A stretch of DNA of 63,722 nt, counting the filler, from an uncultured Methanosarcinales archaeon (GTDB taxonomy: Archaea; Nanobdellota; Nanobdellia; Woesearchaeales; CAYXTQ01): the NCBI GenBank assembly GCA_964608065.1. It is 7 parts of 7 records of this genome, joined end to end, with 100 filler letters (N's around TTAATTAATTAA, not from the genome) between each part and the next. Parts side by side here need not be neighbours in the genome. Positions count along the whole stretch, not along the records: positions 30,052 to 39,569 come from CAZSMA010000057.1; positions 39,670 to 48,871 come from CAZSMA010000058.1; 5 more parts are not named here. One strand, written 5' to 3'. The notes under the pieces are model-generated. The model searched no databases. It was not told the DNA's origin and saw only the letters and a program-made list of their open reading frames with translations. A program made the translations under genes and the position numbers. Shown here one piece after another: positions 30,883 through 39,712 of the stretch. Every line of letters begins with the position of its first letter. The first letter of the stretch is position 1.

Positions 30883-31588
30883 CTAATTTATTTATATCCT
30901 TAAATAAATCATCAATATCTTTAACTTTATCCGTTTTTTCAAAATCTTCTCTCGCCATGTACATACTATCTAATTCGTATTCCAAGATAACTCTTGTTTT
31001 CTTTGGGCCTCTTGCACCAAGAATAACATTTACTTCATTATCTTTATCTGGAGTAACCATAAAAACCTTTATGTGTTTAGTGGTTGGATTTTCTAAAAGT
31101 TTAAGTTTCCAGTAAGTTGTTTCAAATCCTCTTTCTCTAAATGAGTTTTTAACAGAAAGCACACAATAAATTCTTACTTTTTCTTCTGTCTTATTATACT
31201 TATAAACAATTATATCGGCATCTGGTAAAAAAGAATATTCATTAAAATGAATTTCAAGCATTCTTCTTACTAAATCTTTTTCTTTTGAAAGATTATTACT
31301 CCCTAATTCTGCATCTTTTACTAATTTAATATCTGTTCCTTCAAATAATTCTTCAAGAATAACCATCAATAATCTTTGTAGTGAATGTCCTACAAAAGTT
31401 CTCCAAGATTGTCTTGCTTTATTGTGTGCAGAATCTCTTTGTAATCCTGTTCCAATTAATTCTTTAGTTTTTTCAATTAAGTATTCTTTCTTAATTTCTT
31501 CAAAAAACTCATCTATTTTAGAGAAAGATTTATCTTTATACTTTTCCTTAAAATCATGAAATTTAGTTTTTATATCTTCAAAGTCCAT
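30866..31588 (-). CDS. Type II restriction endonuclease, BsaWI/CCGG-family-like
   Basis: QSWRTFVG, LPDADIIVY, SVKNSFRER (K..xR-E-R CCGG-family motif); overlaps the MTase start. Confidence 0.75.
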   Translation of the reverse strand: MDFEDIKTKFHDFKEKYKDKSFSKIDEFFEEIKKEYLIEKTKELIGTGLQRDSAHNKARQSWRTFVGHSLQRLLMVILEELFEGTDIKLVKDAELGSNNLSKEKDLVRRMLEIHFNEYSFLPDADIIVYKYNKTEEKVRIYCVLSVKNSFRERGFETTYWKLKLLENPTTKHIKVFMVTPDKDNEVNVILGARGPKKTRVILEYELDSMYMAREDFEKTDKVKDIDDLFKDINKLVEQDD

Positions 31589-31665
31589 TTTTAACCCCTT
31601 TATTATATGTAAAGTGAAAGACCTATTTATATATTTTCCTAATTAAATTTGTAATTATTCCGGAC

Positions 31666-31680
31666 GAGCCAGAACCCCTT
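31666..31680. repeat. 15-bp inverted repeat, right of R-M module
   Basis: GAGCCAGAACCCCTT; TCCGGA just inside it at 31659-31664. Confidence 0.8.
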
Positions 31681-31748
31681 AAAGATACGAGCAAAACCCT
31701 GCGTCATACTGTCAACTCTTCGAGTTGATTTTTTCTTGCAGAAAAAAC

Positions 31749-31849
31749 ACATAACAGCGATTAAGAGACTCCACCTTGCAGGCTCCGTCTAAATTGAATT
31801 TTTGCGGGTTGCCTCAAAAATTCAACTTCTCTTAATCGCGATGTTATAT
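31749..31849. repeat. attC-like palindromic site
   Basis: ACATAAC...GTTATAT ends; 12-bp stem GCGATTAAGAGA/TCTCTTAATCGC; inner 11-bp stem TTGAATTTTTG/CAAAAATTCAA. Confidence 0.6.
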
Positions 31850-31853
31850 TCAA

Positions 31854-32033
31854 TTTTTTCGTCGCCTTACAGATGCATCTCGTAGAGATTTCCGAAAATT
31901 CTTATCATTGATACCTTCGTTTAATCTCATAAAAAGAAAAGAGTAGGAAATGCTTCGCATTATCCTATAACAAAGATTAAACAGCTCACTACATTCGACC
32001 CAAATTTTTACTTACTTTAACGGGGGGAGTTCC
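31854..32033. repeat. Left mosaic inverted repeat of the DinB-arsM cargo
   Basis: Five blocks (13, 10, 10, 15, 11 bp) are exact reverse complements of blocks in 36183-36284, in colinear order. Confidence 0.8.
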
Positions 32034-32125
32034 TAGTCTTACAGACATTTACACTTTACTGCGTAAAGAAATTTATATTTTTTAAGGAGCTAATCTCTTT
32101 AATTCTATTTTCAATAGGCTGGCAC

Positions 32126-32869
32126 TTACTCACTTTCAAATAATTTCAATTGGGGCTCATTAAGTTCTATGTCCAAAATTGAACAATAAATTTTCATTCC
32201 TATTCTCTTACCCAATGTAGCCATAATTAAATCTAATGAACTATTAGCAATATCACCTATTGTAAAAATATTTGCTTCGTTCAATTTCTCTTTCCTTTTA
32301 GGACCAATTTGAGGAAATTCTATAGCTGGCAAATGATAAAATGCTCTTCTTGCAAAACCACTTCCAAAATAAATAAGTCCATATCTTTTGCTCAGTTTTG
32401 TTGCTATGTGGGCATAGTCTTCATTAAAAGAAATTCCTATAGCTAAGTCAAAACCAAACTCCTTACACAGTTCTTCTACTCTTCTAGTTAGTGTTATTGC
32501 AACACCTAGGTCATTAGGTAACTTTATAACTATGTCATCTATATGAGGTTTTGATATTGAGTATCCTTCTTTTTCTACATAATCTTGGCATCTTTGGTAT
32601 AATTGGTCAGCTATTTTTTCACACTCATTTCTCCTACTTTTAATCAATATTACATCAGATATTCTTTTTGCTCTATCTATAGGAGTATCTCTGCTAATGC
32701 CGTACTTTTTTTTAGCTTCATTACTAGCAGCTATAATCATTTGCCTACCGCTAGCACTCTCATTATAAACGACGACAGGTCTTCCTCGGTACTCTGGACT
32801 TAAGTATTGTTCACATGCTGCAAAGAAATTCCTAATATCAAGATGAGCATATATAGATTTATTTGTCAT
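32126..32869 (-). CDS. dinB: Short Y-family (DinB/Pol IV-like) DNA polymerase lacking the little-finger domain
   Basis: AHLDIRNFFAACE, RGRPVVV, AASNEAKKKYGI, HIDD, HhH motif FPQIGPK...IFTIGDIA; only 247 aa. Confidence 0.75.
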   Translation of the reverse strand: MTNKSIYAHLDIRNFFAACEQYLSPEYRGRPVVVYNESASGRQMIIAASNEAKKKYGISRDTPIDRAKRISDVILIKSRRNECEKIADQLYQRCQDYVEKEGYSISKPHIDDIVIKLPNDLGVAITLTRRVEELCKEFGFDLAIGISFNEDYAHIATKLSKRYGLIYFGSGFARRAFYHLPAIEFPQIGPKRKEKLNEANIFTIGDIANSSLDLIMATLGKRIGMKIYCSILDIELNEPQLKLFESE

Positions 32870-32975
32870 TGGTGTGCCCCCATAAGAAACAAACCTATTT
32901 AACGTGAATTAAAGTTAACATTTTGTCCAAAAGCTATTGGCGTAATTAAATTTTAGGTTTTAGTATTGTTTCTAA

Positions 32976-33881
32976 TCAAATTGCTTTTACAGCTACAAAT
33001 TTAGTGCTGACTATTTTCCCTTGCATTTGAGCTAGTTTTTCCTCTGAGAAAGTGGGAGAAAATTCTTTACCAGGGCAACTTGCCATTTCCTCTAATTCTT
33101 TTGGGCCAAGAGTGTGGCGAGCTATGACTTTAACTTGGTTAAAGCCTGCATCCCGAACTATTTTAAAATATTCATCTTCTGGTATTGCTCCTCCTGTACA
33201 CCCTGCCCAAATTGACTGAAAGTACTGGCGAACTTTAGGGTTAATATTTCCTATGGTAACAATATCAGAGATGGCTAGCCGACCACCAGGCTTTAGAATG
33301 CCAAAAACCTGCTTGTAGACACAGGGCTTACAAGGGCAGAGATTAATCACGCAGTTAGATATTACTGCATCAGCGATATTATCTGGAACCTGAGGGTTTT
33401 CTATATCCAGCAGAATAAACTCTGTTCTATCAGATAAACCAGCTTCTTCCATTACCTGTTTTGCCCTTTCAATCATATGGGGGGCAAAGTCTATTCCAAT
33501 TACCTTCCCTGTTGGCCCCACTTTGTGAGCTGCCAAAACGAGATCAATACCTCCACCTGAACCAAAATCAGCAACCACTTCACCTAGCTGGATATTAGCA
33601 AAACTGGTAGGATTCCCACAACCCCGAGAAAGATTAATAGACAGCTTGGGAATCAAGGCCATATCTTCTTTACTATAAAGCCCGTGTTCCAAAGCAAAAC
33701 CTTCTGTGCCTTCCTTTCCTAAAGGACAACAGCCCTCAGTTGAACCGCCTCCTTCAGCAAATTTGTCGTATCGCGTTTTAACTTGTTGTTTTATTTCTTC
33801 GACACCGAGTTTTTTAATAGGAACCGTAGCTTTTTTGGGAGACATTTCTTCCGGTTCTCCCCCGCAACATGGTTTTGTCAT
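32976..33881 (-). CDS. arsM: Arsenite S-adenosylmethionine methyltransferase
   Basis: GCC, GCGNP, DFGSGGGID, ISNCVINL, LKPGGRLAISD, WAGCTGGA. Confidence 0.85.
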   Translation of the reverse strand: MTKPCCGGEPEEMSPKKATVPIKKLGVEEIKQQVKTRYDKFAEGGGSTEGCCPLGKEGTEGFALEHGLYSKEDMALIPKLSINLSRGCGNPTSFANIQLGEVVADFGSGGGIDLVLAAHKVGPTGKVIGIDFAPHMIERAKQVMEEAGLSDRTEFILLDIENPQVPDNIADAVISNCVINLCPCKPCVYKQVFGILKPGGRLAISDIVTIGNINPKVRQYFQSIWAGCTGGAIPEDEYFKIVRDAGFNQVKVIARHTLGPKELEEMASCPGKEFSPTFSEEKLAQMQGKIVSTKFVAVKAI

Positions 33882-33964
33882 TTTTTCACCTCATTTTCAA
33901 GAGATAATGATTCTCTATAATAAAAATTGTATAATTCTAATGTTTATAAATTTAACCTTTGAAC

Positions 33965-34405
33965 TTAACTTCTCTTTCGTCTTCGCAACCAAATGTATCC
34001 AAAAGATATAAACAACACAGTTATTAAAGCTATTATAGGGGGAGGCAGAAGGACAGAACCAACTCCTATACCCAGAATTCCAGCTATTATGGCGAGCATT
34101 GGAGCTCCACAACAGCTAGTAAACCAAATTAATACTGCTACGATTGCACTTCCTCCCACAGCGCTTTTAGACCTTCCTCTCATTGTTATAAAAGAAAACA
34201 CTCCGTAAGAAAATGCCAAGGCTAGAGAAAAACCAATGAGATACTGTTGCATCTTAAGATAAAGAGCCCACCAATTAGAACTGAAATTGGCCACAAATAT
34301 TACAAAATAAAGAATATGCGCAAAGAATACTAGGATAAACGTTATAAATGGAACGAGTTTTTTATAGTTCATTTTTTCACAAATCATCTTATTACCCCCA
34401 TCCAA
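33965..34405 (-). CDS. Membrane protein with CC pair (MerT/MerF-like metal-handling protein)
   Basis: 4 TM segments with TSCCGAP; directly upstream of arsM. Confidence 0.5.
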   Translation of the reverse strand: MDGGNKMICEKMNYKKLVPFITFILVFFAHILYFVIFVANFSSNWWALYLKMQQYLIGFSLALAFSYGVFSFITMRGRSKSAVGGSAIVAVLIWFTSCCGAPMLAIIAGILGIGVGSVLLPPPIIALITVLFISFGYIWLRRRKRS

Positions 34406-34914
34406 AAAGTACGTGCTTCAGATTCAAATTCAATTATAGCAACATTCCAAATATCATCTATTTTAGGTATTTCATCAGCTGGCACAGAAGCATGAATTTC
34501 TCTTTTATTAAAGTTAGAGCTCTTAACTTCTCCTTTTTTAGATATTAACTCCATAACATCTTCAAACTCTGACTTTGTACAACATTCTAACATTTTGATT
34601 TTTATATCCAGTTTTTCTTTTCCAGTTATGATGTGTTTCCCATTCAGTTCAATTTCTTTTCCTTTATTATTTAATAAGAAATTAACTACACTTACAATGC
34701 CCACTTCTGATACCTTACCTTTCCATTCTAACACAGTTTGTTCGGTTAGTTGTGGATGTTTTTTCTGCTGATTAACACAACCACTTATGAAAATGATTAT
34801 CAGAATCATGCCAACAATTAGCAATTTGGTTAGTAATTGATTCCTGTTCCAGATGTTAGTTCTGTATCCTGTATCTGTTTTATTTTTCATTGATAATTTT
34901 TTTGCATCTGTCAT
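34384..34914 (-). CDS. Putative lipoprotein with CC motif
   Basis: FISGC lipobox; ECCT. Confidence 0.55.
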   Translation of the reverse strand: MTDAKKLSMKNKTDTGYRTNIWNRNQLLTKLLIVGMILIIIFISGCVNQQKKHPQLTEQTVLEWKGKVSEVGIVSVVNFLLNNKGKEIELNGKHIITGKEKLDIKIKMLECCTKSEFEDVMELISKKGEVKSSNFNKREIHASVPADEIPKIDDIWNVAIIEFESEARTFWMGVIR

Positions 34915-34948
34915 ATTTCTATTCTTTCAGCAGTTAAAATAAAAACAA

Positions 34949-36070
34949 TTAAACAATAGGCACTACACTATGAACTCGCAATAGCCTGCTTGCTACATAG
35001 TCCTTTTCAAGTGCTTTCATCCTGTCATATAATGCTTGTATAGAGACAAACATCTTATCTCCATCCCTTTTTAGCTGAAACTCTGGCAGGAATGGGAACT
35101 GCTCTTGAACTTTTGGATCACTCTCAATGCCGTAATGGAAAACAACAAGCTCTCCAATATTTCCTTCTAAATTTTTCCATCTCTTCAGGGATGTTGGAAG
35201 CATAGGTCTATACTCCTCAAGAAGTTGCTGATAATTTTCAGGACCAGGAACTACTGGCAATGCAGTGCTTCCTTTTGGTTTTGTTTTTTGCGGTATTTCA
35301 TATAATCTGCTTAATACATTACCAGGTTGCCTTCTTGGAGAAGGAATGCTCTGAACAGCAAACAAGTATTCCCCTAACTGTTCCCAGTATTTTTGGGTTT
35401 CATCAGGCATCTTTTTTACTGTTACACCAGTTCTCTTAACCATCTCGTCTTTTAATGGAGCTACTGCTGTTGCAATTACATCATCATAAAACTTTCTTGC
35501 TTGGTACCATAGCTTTGCAGCACCAGGCTTCTCAATGTCAAAATCAAGCATTAATTCTGTTGGAATAACCAACCTTTCAAGATCAACTTTATCAATCTCA
35601 GCAGGAGCTGCGATTCTTTCAAACTTGTTTTCCACTCCCAGTTCTGTCACTCTGGATAAATACCATAACACATTCCACATAAGATAGTCCATTTCTACAA
35701 ATGGTTGCTTATCATATGTCCTCACATTATCTTTTCTAATACCTTGCTGCCGGTCATTAACCAATACTTCAAGAAATCCAGTTATCTTGTCAAATGCAGT
35801 CTGGTATGGCGGATTGATTACTTTCACATTTGTTACTAATCCAAAATCAATACCATCCATTGAGAATTCTGTTCTTGTCGGAGATTCATCTGGAAGGTTT
35901 TCACTTGTGAACTCTGTTTTCGCTCTTAGTTGATCTTCTCCCTTATCTATTAATCCTCCTTTAATTGCAGAAAGCACCCTTTGCTCTGCTTTAAAATATC
36001 CTTCTGCTGCTGACTTGTCCATCCTTTCATAAGCTTCAGGTTTTACCAACACAATAGCATCTAAATTCAT
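34949..36070 (-). CDS. Hypothetical protein (about 373 aa)
   Basis: Long ORF; GGAGG before ATG 36070; no family recognised. Confidence 0.65.
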   Translation of the reverse strand: MNLDAIVLVKPEAYERMDKSAAEGYFKAEQRVLSAIKGGLIDKGEDQLRAKTEFTSENLPDESPTRTEFSMDGIDFGLVTNVKVINPPYQTAFDKITGFLEVLVNDRQQGIRKDNVRTYDKQPFVEMDYLMWNVLWYLSRVTELGVENKFERIAAPAEIDKVDLERLVIPTELMLDFDIEKPGAAKLWYQARKFYDDVIATAVAPLKDEMVKRTGVTVKKMPDETQKYWEQLGEYLFAVQSIPSPRRQPGNVLSRLYEIPQKTKPKGSTALPVVPGPENYQQLLEEYRPMLPTSLKRWKNLEGNIGELVVFHYGIESDPKVQEQFPFLPEFQLKRDGDKMFVSIQALYDRMKALEKDYVASRLLRVHSVVPIV

Positions 36071-36182
36071 TTTAACTCCTCCAAACCTCAAGAATTTTCA
36101 AGAGGTTTATTTATTACTATTTATCACCTCTTCTTAATCTATAAATATCTACTTATTTATAAATTATGCTTTTTTATAGAAC

Positions 36183-36405
36183 GGAACTCCCCCTTGCCCT
36201 ACGGACATTTAGTCTGCTTCGCAGTAATTTATAGTAAAGTAAGTAAAAACTACGGTATCAATGGAATTTTCGGCGACGAAAAAACTCTGCGGACGCAGTT
36301 TTCCCACACTTCGTAGGGTCTCCGAGTTTAACAAGGATTTAACGGCTCTCTCAACTAGGCTCCTACTCTAAAGGTCTCCGTCCTAGTTTCGCTCGACCCA
36401 AATTT
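36183..36405. repeat. Right mosaic inverted repeat plus truncated attC-like half-site
   Basis: Inverted blocks to 31854-32033; TAACAAGGATTTAACGGCTC (17/20 to 31968-31987) and TCGACCCAAATTT (exact to 31995-32007) are direct repeats. Confidence 0.75.
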
Positions 36406-36421
36406 GCCTTAGAACTCATTA

Positions 36422-37048
36422 TCATCTCACATAACCCTGGACAGCCATCAAAACAAATGCAACTCCTGCCATAACCCCATAAACAACCTTATTCCATGCT
36501 AAAATCTTCTTCCCATCAAAATTGCCAAATGGAAGTAAATTAAACAATCCTAACCACGTATTTATTAAAAAACCATAACCAGCTAATGTTTTCAATAATC
36601 CTATTACAGGTATTAACAACAAAGCTAAGAAACATAAAGCAAATACTAAATTCACTAAAGGTCCTGCCATTGAAATCTTTCCATTCCTTCTAACACCAAC
36701 AGGCCCTGATATCATAACAGCTCCTGGAGCTGCAAAAACAAATCCAAAAAAAGACATAATTACAGCCAGCCATAACATCATGTTAAAAGCTCTGAACTCA
36801 GCAAAACATCCATAATGCTGAGCAACTAGTTTATGTCCTAATTCATGGACTATAAAACCAGTCCCAACAGTCAACGCTGCTATCATAAAAATTATAACAA
36901 AGTTTATTGAAAAACTAAATCCTCCCAGAACAATAGCGAAAGCTAAGCTTATAGCTAACCATGCTTTAAACAAATCATTCATTTCTTTTTTAGATGTTAC
37001 AATACTTCCAATCTTTATCTGCTTATGACCTTGCGGATTAAGATACAT
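36422..37048 (-). CDS. M50 (site-2) membrane metalloprotease
   Basis: HELGH, AGPLVN, NLLPFGNFDG. Confidence 0.9.
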   Translation of the reverse strand: MYLNPQGHKQIKIGSIVTSKKEMNDLFKAWLAISLAFAIVLGGFSFSINFVIIFMIAALTVGTGFIVHELGHKLVAQHYGCFAEFRAFNMMLWLAVIMSFFGFVFAAPGAVMISGPVGVRRNGKISMAGPLVNLVFALCFLALLLIPVIGLLKTLAGYGFLINTWLGLFNLLPFGNFDGKKILAWNKVVYGVMAGVAFVLMAVQGYVR

Positions 37049-37121
37049 AGAATTTCTGTTTAATTCTAAATTATATTTAAAGCTATTGGAAATCTTTTTA
37101 AACTAGATTGTAATTAGAACC

Positions 37122-38075
37122 TTGAAAATGGGGGCGTCAACTGGAGAAGACCTGGATACAAAAATGTGCGATTTAGCACAAAACTTTGACATAGGAACAG
37201 TTATAGATTGCAAACTTATGGAAGGAGGACAGGTTAATGAAAATTATCTTGTGCAAAGTGATACAAATAAATATGTAATGACTGTTTTTAACACAAAAAA
37301 ATATTCAGAAATAGTCGATATGCTAGCTTCACTGATTGATTTATCAGAAAAAGGGTTCTCTAAGTGTTCTAAAATAATTCAAACTATTAAAAATATTGAT
37401 TTCCATATTAACGATTATATTGTCATTATGAAAGAGTATATTGAAGGAGATGTCATTGAAGACATGGATGAAAGAAAATTGTTTAAAGTTGGAAAAATAC
37501 TTGCCCAATTACATAAAATAGAACCAAGAAATCGTGCTCCAAAAGAACATATGTATGGTCTTGAACAGTATAATAACGTCAAAGAATCTGATGGATATAC
37601 AAGTTGGTTAAAAGAAAAAGAAAGTAAATTATACTCTTCCATTGAGAAGGGCATTCCAAAAGGTCTAATTCATGGAGACTTTTTTTGGGATAACATCATA
37701 TGGTTTAATGATAAGATAGAAGGAATAATTGATTTTGAAGAAGCATGTAATTACTACTTAATTTTTGACATTGGAATGGCTATTGTTGGTAACTGTATTG
37801 AAAATGATCGAATAAACTTTGAAAAAGCAAGTGAACTTATTAGAGGATATGAATATATAAAGAAATTAGAGTTTACTGAAAAAAATCAATTAAAATTATT
37901 TACAGAGTATGCTGCAATTGCTACTTCATTCCAGAGATATTTGTTAAAGAAAGAGGGTAATGGTGGAGACAGATTAAGAGACTATACAGAAATGGTAAGA
38001 ATTGCTGATAATATAGCAGAAATGAACAATGATAATTTCATGAAAAGAATAGGTATTTCACACCAAATATTCTAA
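37122..38075 (+). CDS. Homoserine kinase type II / aminoglycoside phosphotransferase family
   Basis: GQVNENY, LAQLH, IHGDFFWDNI, IIDFEE. Confidence 0.8.
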   Translation: MKMGASTGEDLDTKMCDLAQNFDIGTVIDCKLMEGGQVNENYLVQSDTNKYVMTVFNTKKYSEIVDMLASLIDLSEKGFSKCSKIIQTIKNIDFHINDYIVIMKEYIEGDVIEDMDERKLFKVGKILAQLHKIEPRNRAPKEHMYGLEQYNNVKESDGYTSWLKEKESKLYSSIEKGIPKGLIHGDFFWDNIIWFNDKIEGIIDFEEACNYYLIFDIGMAIVGNCIENDRINFEKASELIRGYEYIKKLEFTEKNQLKLFTEYAAIATSFQRYLLKKEGNGGDRLRDYTEMVRIADNIAEMNNDNFMKRIGISHQIF

Positions 38076-39136
38076 ACCTTCAAAACTTTTCCATCTAATT
38101 CTATTCTAGGATTTCTAAAGACCTGATCTAAGTGAACTATAGTCTTATTGCTGCCGCCAAACCAATAATTAGAACCAATAGCAATATGCGCTGTTCCTAA
38201 TGCTTTCTCATCTACAATTGTAGTTCCTATCACTTTAGCAAAAGGATTGACACCAATGCCAAATTCAGCTACTTTTCTTATTCTTTCAGGATATTTAGCT
38301 TTTGATTCAGCCCATTCAAGAGTTTTCTTCAATAAAGCTGCTTTATGACCATCTTCTATAGAAGTAACAAAACCATTTTCTACAACCATTTTAATAGGTT
38401 TTCTTATCAGTCTTGTATTAAACCTGTTCCTGCTGCTTGCATCTATAAAAACAACACCATTAACATTTTTTGGAGCCAGATAAACTTCTCCTGCTGGTAA
38501 ATTGCCTCCAGTTCCAGGTTTATTATAACAACCATCTGCAGAGATTGCGTTAACATCTTTTATATCAATAGTTAAATCTGTTCCTGTTAATGTTGTTATT
38601 CTCATTTTTTTTGCTTTATCAATTTTTTTTTTTATTTCCTGTTGTTTTTTTCTTAAATCAGTATAATCAATATTCAAAGCATCAATAACTTCTGATATTT
38701 TTTCTGTAGGCAAATAACCTAAACCTGTTGCAGAAACAAACCTATGTCTATTATTTACGCAAAACTTTCTAAAACTTTTTCCAATCTGTCTTAAGCTTCC
38801 AAGCTTATCAGAAACATTCAGTATTATAACACTTTTTTTTTTTAAATTTTCTAAACCTGTGATTACACCATTGCCAGCTTCCTGTCCTCTTGTCCTTTGT
38901 TTTTGTAAAACCATCTCTGCATTAAGCTTTAATTTCTTAGCTGCAAGATAATATGCATAGCTTAATACACAGGAAATATTCTGTCCTTCAAGTCCTGTAT
39001 CTCCAATTATTAAAATGTTTTCGTCTTTAACATCCAGGCATTGCTTGAATATTTTTTCTAAATAGAAATGGTTCTGTTTACCAAATTTTGTTAGGTCATA
39101 TTTTTCCAACCATTCTATTGATTTTTTTGTATCCAT
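38072..39136 (-). CDS. M29-like aminopeptidase
   Basis: GTDL, GNLPAGEVY, AEFGIGVN, DEKALGTAHIAIG.N, HLD. Confidence 0.85.
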   Translation of the reverse strand: MDTKKSIEWLEKYDLTKFGKQNHFYLEKIFKQCLDVKDENILIIGDTGLEGQNISCVLSYAYYLAAKKLKLNAEMVLQKQRTRGQEAGNGVITGLENLKKKSVIILNVSDKLGSLRQIGKSFRKFCVNNRHRFVSATGLGYLPTEKISEVIDALNIDYTDLRKKQQEIKKKIDKAKKMRITTLTGTDLTIDIKDVNAISADGCYNKPGTGGNLPAGEVYLAPKNVNGVVFIDASSRNRFNTRLIRKPIKMVVENGFVTSIEDGHKAALLKKTLEWAESKAKYPERIRKVAEFGIGVNPFAKVIGTTIVDEKALGTAHIAIGSNYWFGGSNKTIVHLDQVFRNPRIELDGKVLKV

Positions 39137-39274
39137 TTTAGATAGTAGTATACATTAATGTATACTTATATAGTATAACTTATATTTAAATGTTTTGTTT
39201 TGAATATATAATTAGGTGTTTTTTATAATCAAGTAATAAAAAGAACTCATCTATTTTTTTTTTTTTATTTTATT

Positions 39275-39569
39275 TTACTCAGACTTATCTTCCTTAACTT
39301 CTTTAGAAACTTCTTCTTTTTTAGGTTTTTCTTCTTTAACTTCTTCTTTTTTCACTTCTTTCTTTTCTACTGGTTTTTCTTCTTTGACTTCTGGTTTCTT
39401 TTCTTCCTTTGGTTTTTCTTTAACTTCTTTTTTTATTTCTGTTTTTTCTTCTTTAACTTCTTTTGGTGCTTCCTTTACATCTTCTTTCACTGTTTGTTTT
39501 TTATCTTTCTCAATATACATCTCCCTTATCTCACTTGTCCTTAAAGGATATACTTTCTTCATATAAGCA
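39275..39569 (-). CDS. rps3ae: 30S ribosomal protein eS1 (S3ae), C-terminal fragment with long K/E-rich tail
   Basis: KKVYPLRTSEIR matches the eS1 C-terminal KKIYPLR..EIR motif; 5' part cut by contig end. Confidence 0.75.
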
Positions 39570-39669
39570 NNNNNNNNNNNNNNNNNNNNNNNNNNNNNNN
39601 NNNNNNNNNNNNNTTAATTAATTAANNNNNNNNNNNNNNNNNNNNNNNNNNNNNNNNNNNNNNNNNNNN
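39570..39669. other. Artificial contig linker
   Basis: N44-TTAATTAATTAA-N44. Confidence 0.98.
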
Positions 39670-39712
39670 TTAAGGATAAAATTTGATTTTTACAGAAGAC
39701 TCTTAAAACCTG

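Noticed and set aside
31680..32100. CRISPR array or rRNA/tRNA in the hairpin-rich spacer
   Set aside because: No regularly spaced identical repeats, no cloverleaf, no cas genes.
39275..39500. K/E-rich tandem repeats as a repeat element
   Set aside because: Low-complexity tail of ribosomal protein eS1.
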